Source: the human T2T-CHM13v2.0 reference genome, Homo sapiens. From it: a DNA stretch of 64,000 nucleotides. The stretch's first letter is position 1, and every line of letters starts with the position of its first letter. Shown here one piece after another: positions 63,633-64,000 of the stretch. The stretch is taken from the NCBI GenBank assembly GCA_009914755.4, contig CP068257.2, positions 27,200,001 through 27,264,000 of the forward strand, read 5' to 3'. The translations under genes and the position numbers were made by a program. The notes beneath the pieces are model-generated. The model was not told where the DNA came from and searched no databases. It worked only from the letters and a program-made list of their open reading frames with translations.

Positions 63633-64000
<368 letters not shown>

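Overview
This is human nuclear DNA, not a prokaryotic or viral system. It is dense in primate Alu elements, L1 ORF1/ORF2 fragments, MaLR/ERVL LTRs, microsatellites and one CpG island. The only cellular protein-coding gene I can support is N6AMT1 (HemK2/KMT9 methyltransferase; chr21q21.3 from memory) on the minus strand. All six coding exons can be reconstructed from the sequence and they give the expected 214-aa protein. Its promoter is a CpG island (~48.3-48.7 kb) with tandem NRF1-type GCGCATGCGC palindromes. Other content: (i) a processed HSPD1 (HSP60) pseudogene on the minus strand (~50.25-52.56 kb), disrupted by an Alu with a perfect 19-bp target-site duplication (TSD) and abutting an L1 ORF2 fragment in the same orientation; (ii) three separate HERV-L (ERVL/MLT2-LTR) proviral remnants at ~13.9-18.1 kb (-), ~23.1-26.7 kb (+) and ~35.8-39.3 kb (-), the first nested in an L1 at its ORF1/ORF2 junction and carrying a Leu-tRNA primer-binding site (PBS); (iii) L1 fragments on both strands, ~25 Alu copies, two THE1/MST LTRs and an MLT1-type LTR; (iv) large simple repeats: a ~480-bp AT-rich tract, a ~160-bp (TAGA)n short tandem repeat (STR), and a ~710-bp (GGAA)n polypurine tract in the last N6AMT1 intron. 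I see no evidence of a novel biological system. Every long ORF in the supplied track falls in one of these elements or is a low-complexity or GC-rich artefact. Repeat-family names, the chromosomal assignment and the N6AMT1 reference protein sequence come from memory; no search could be run.
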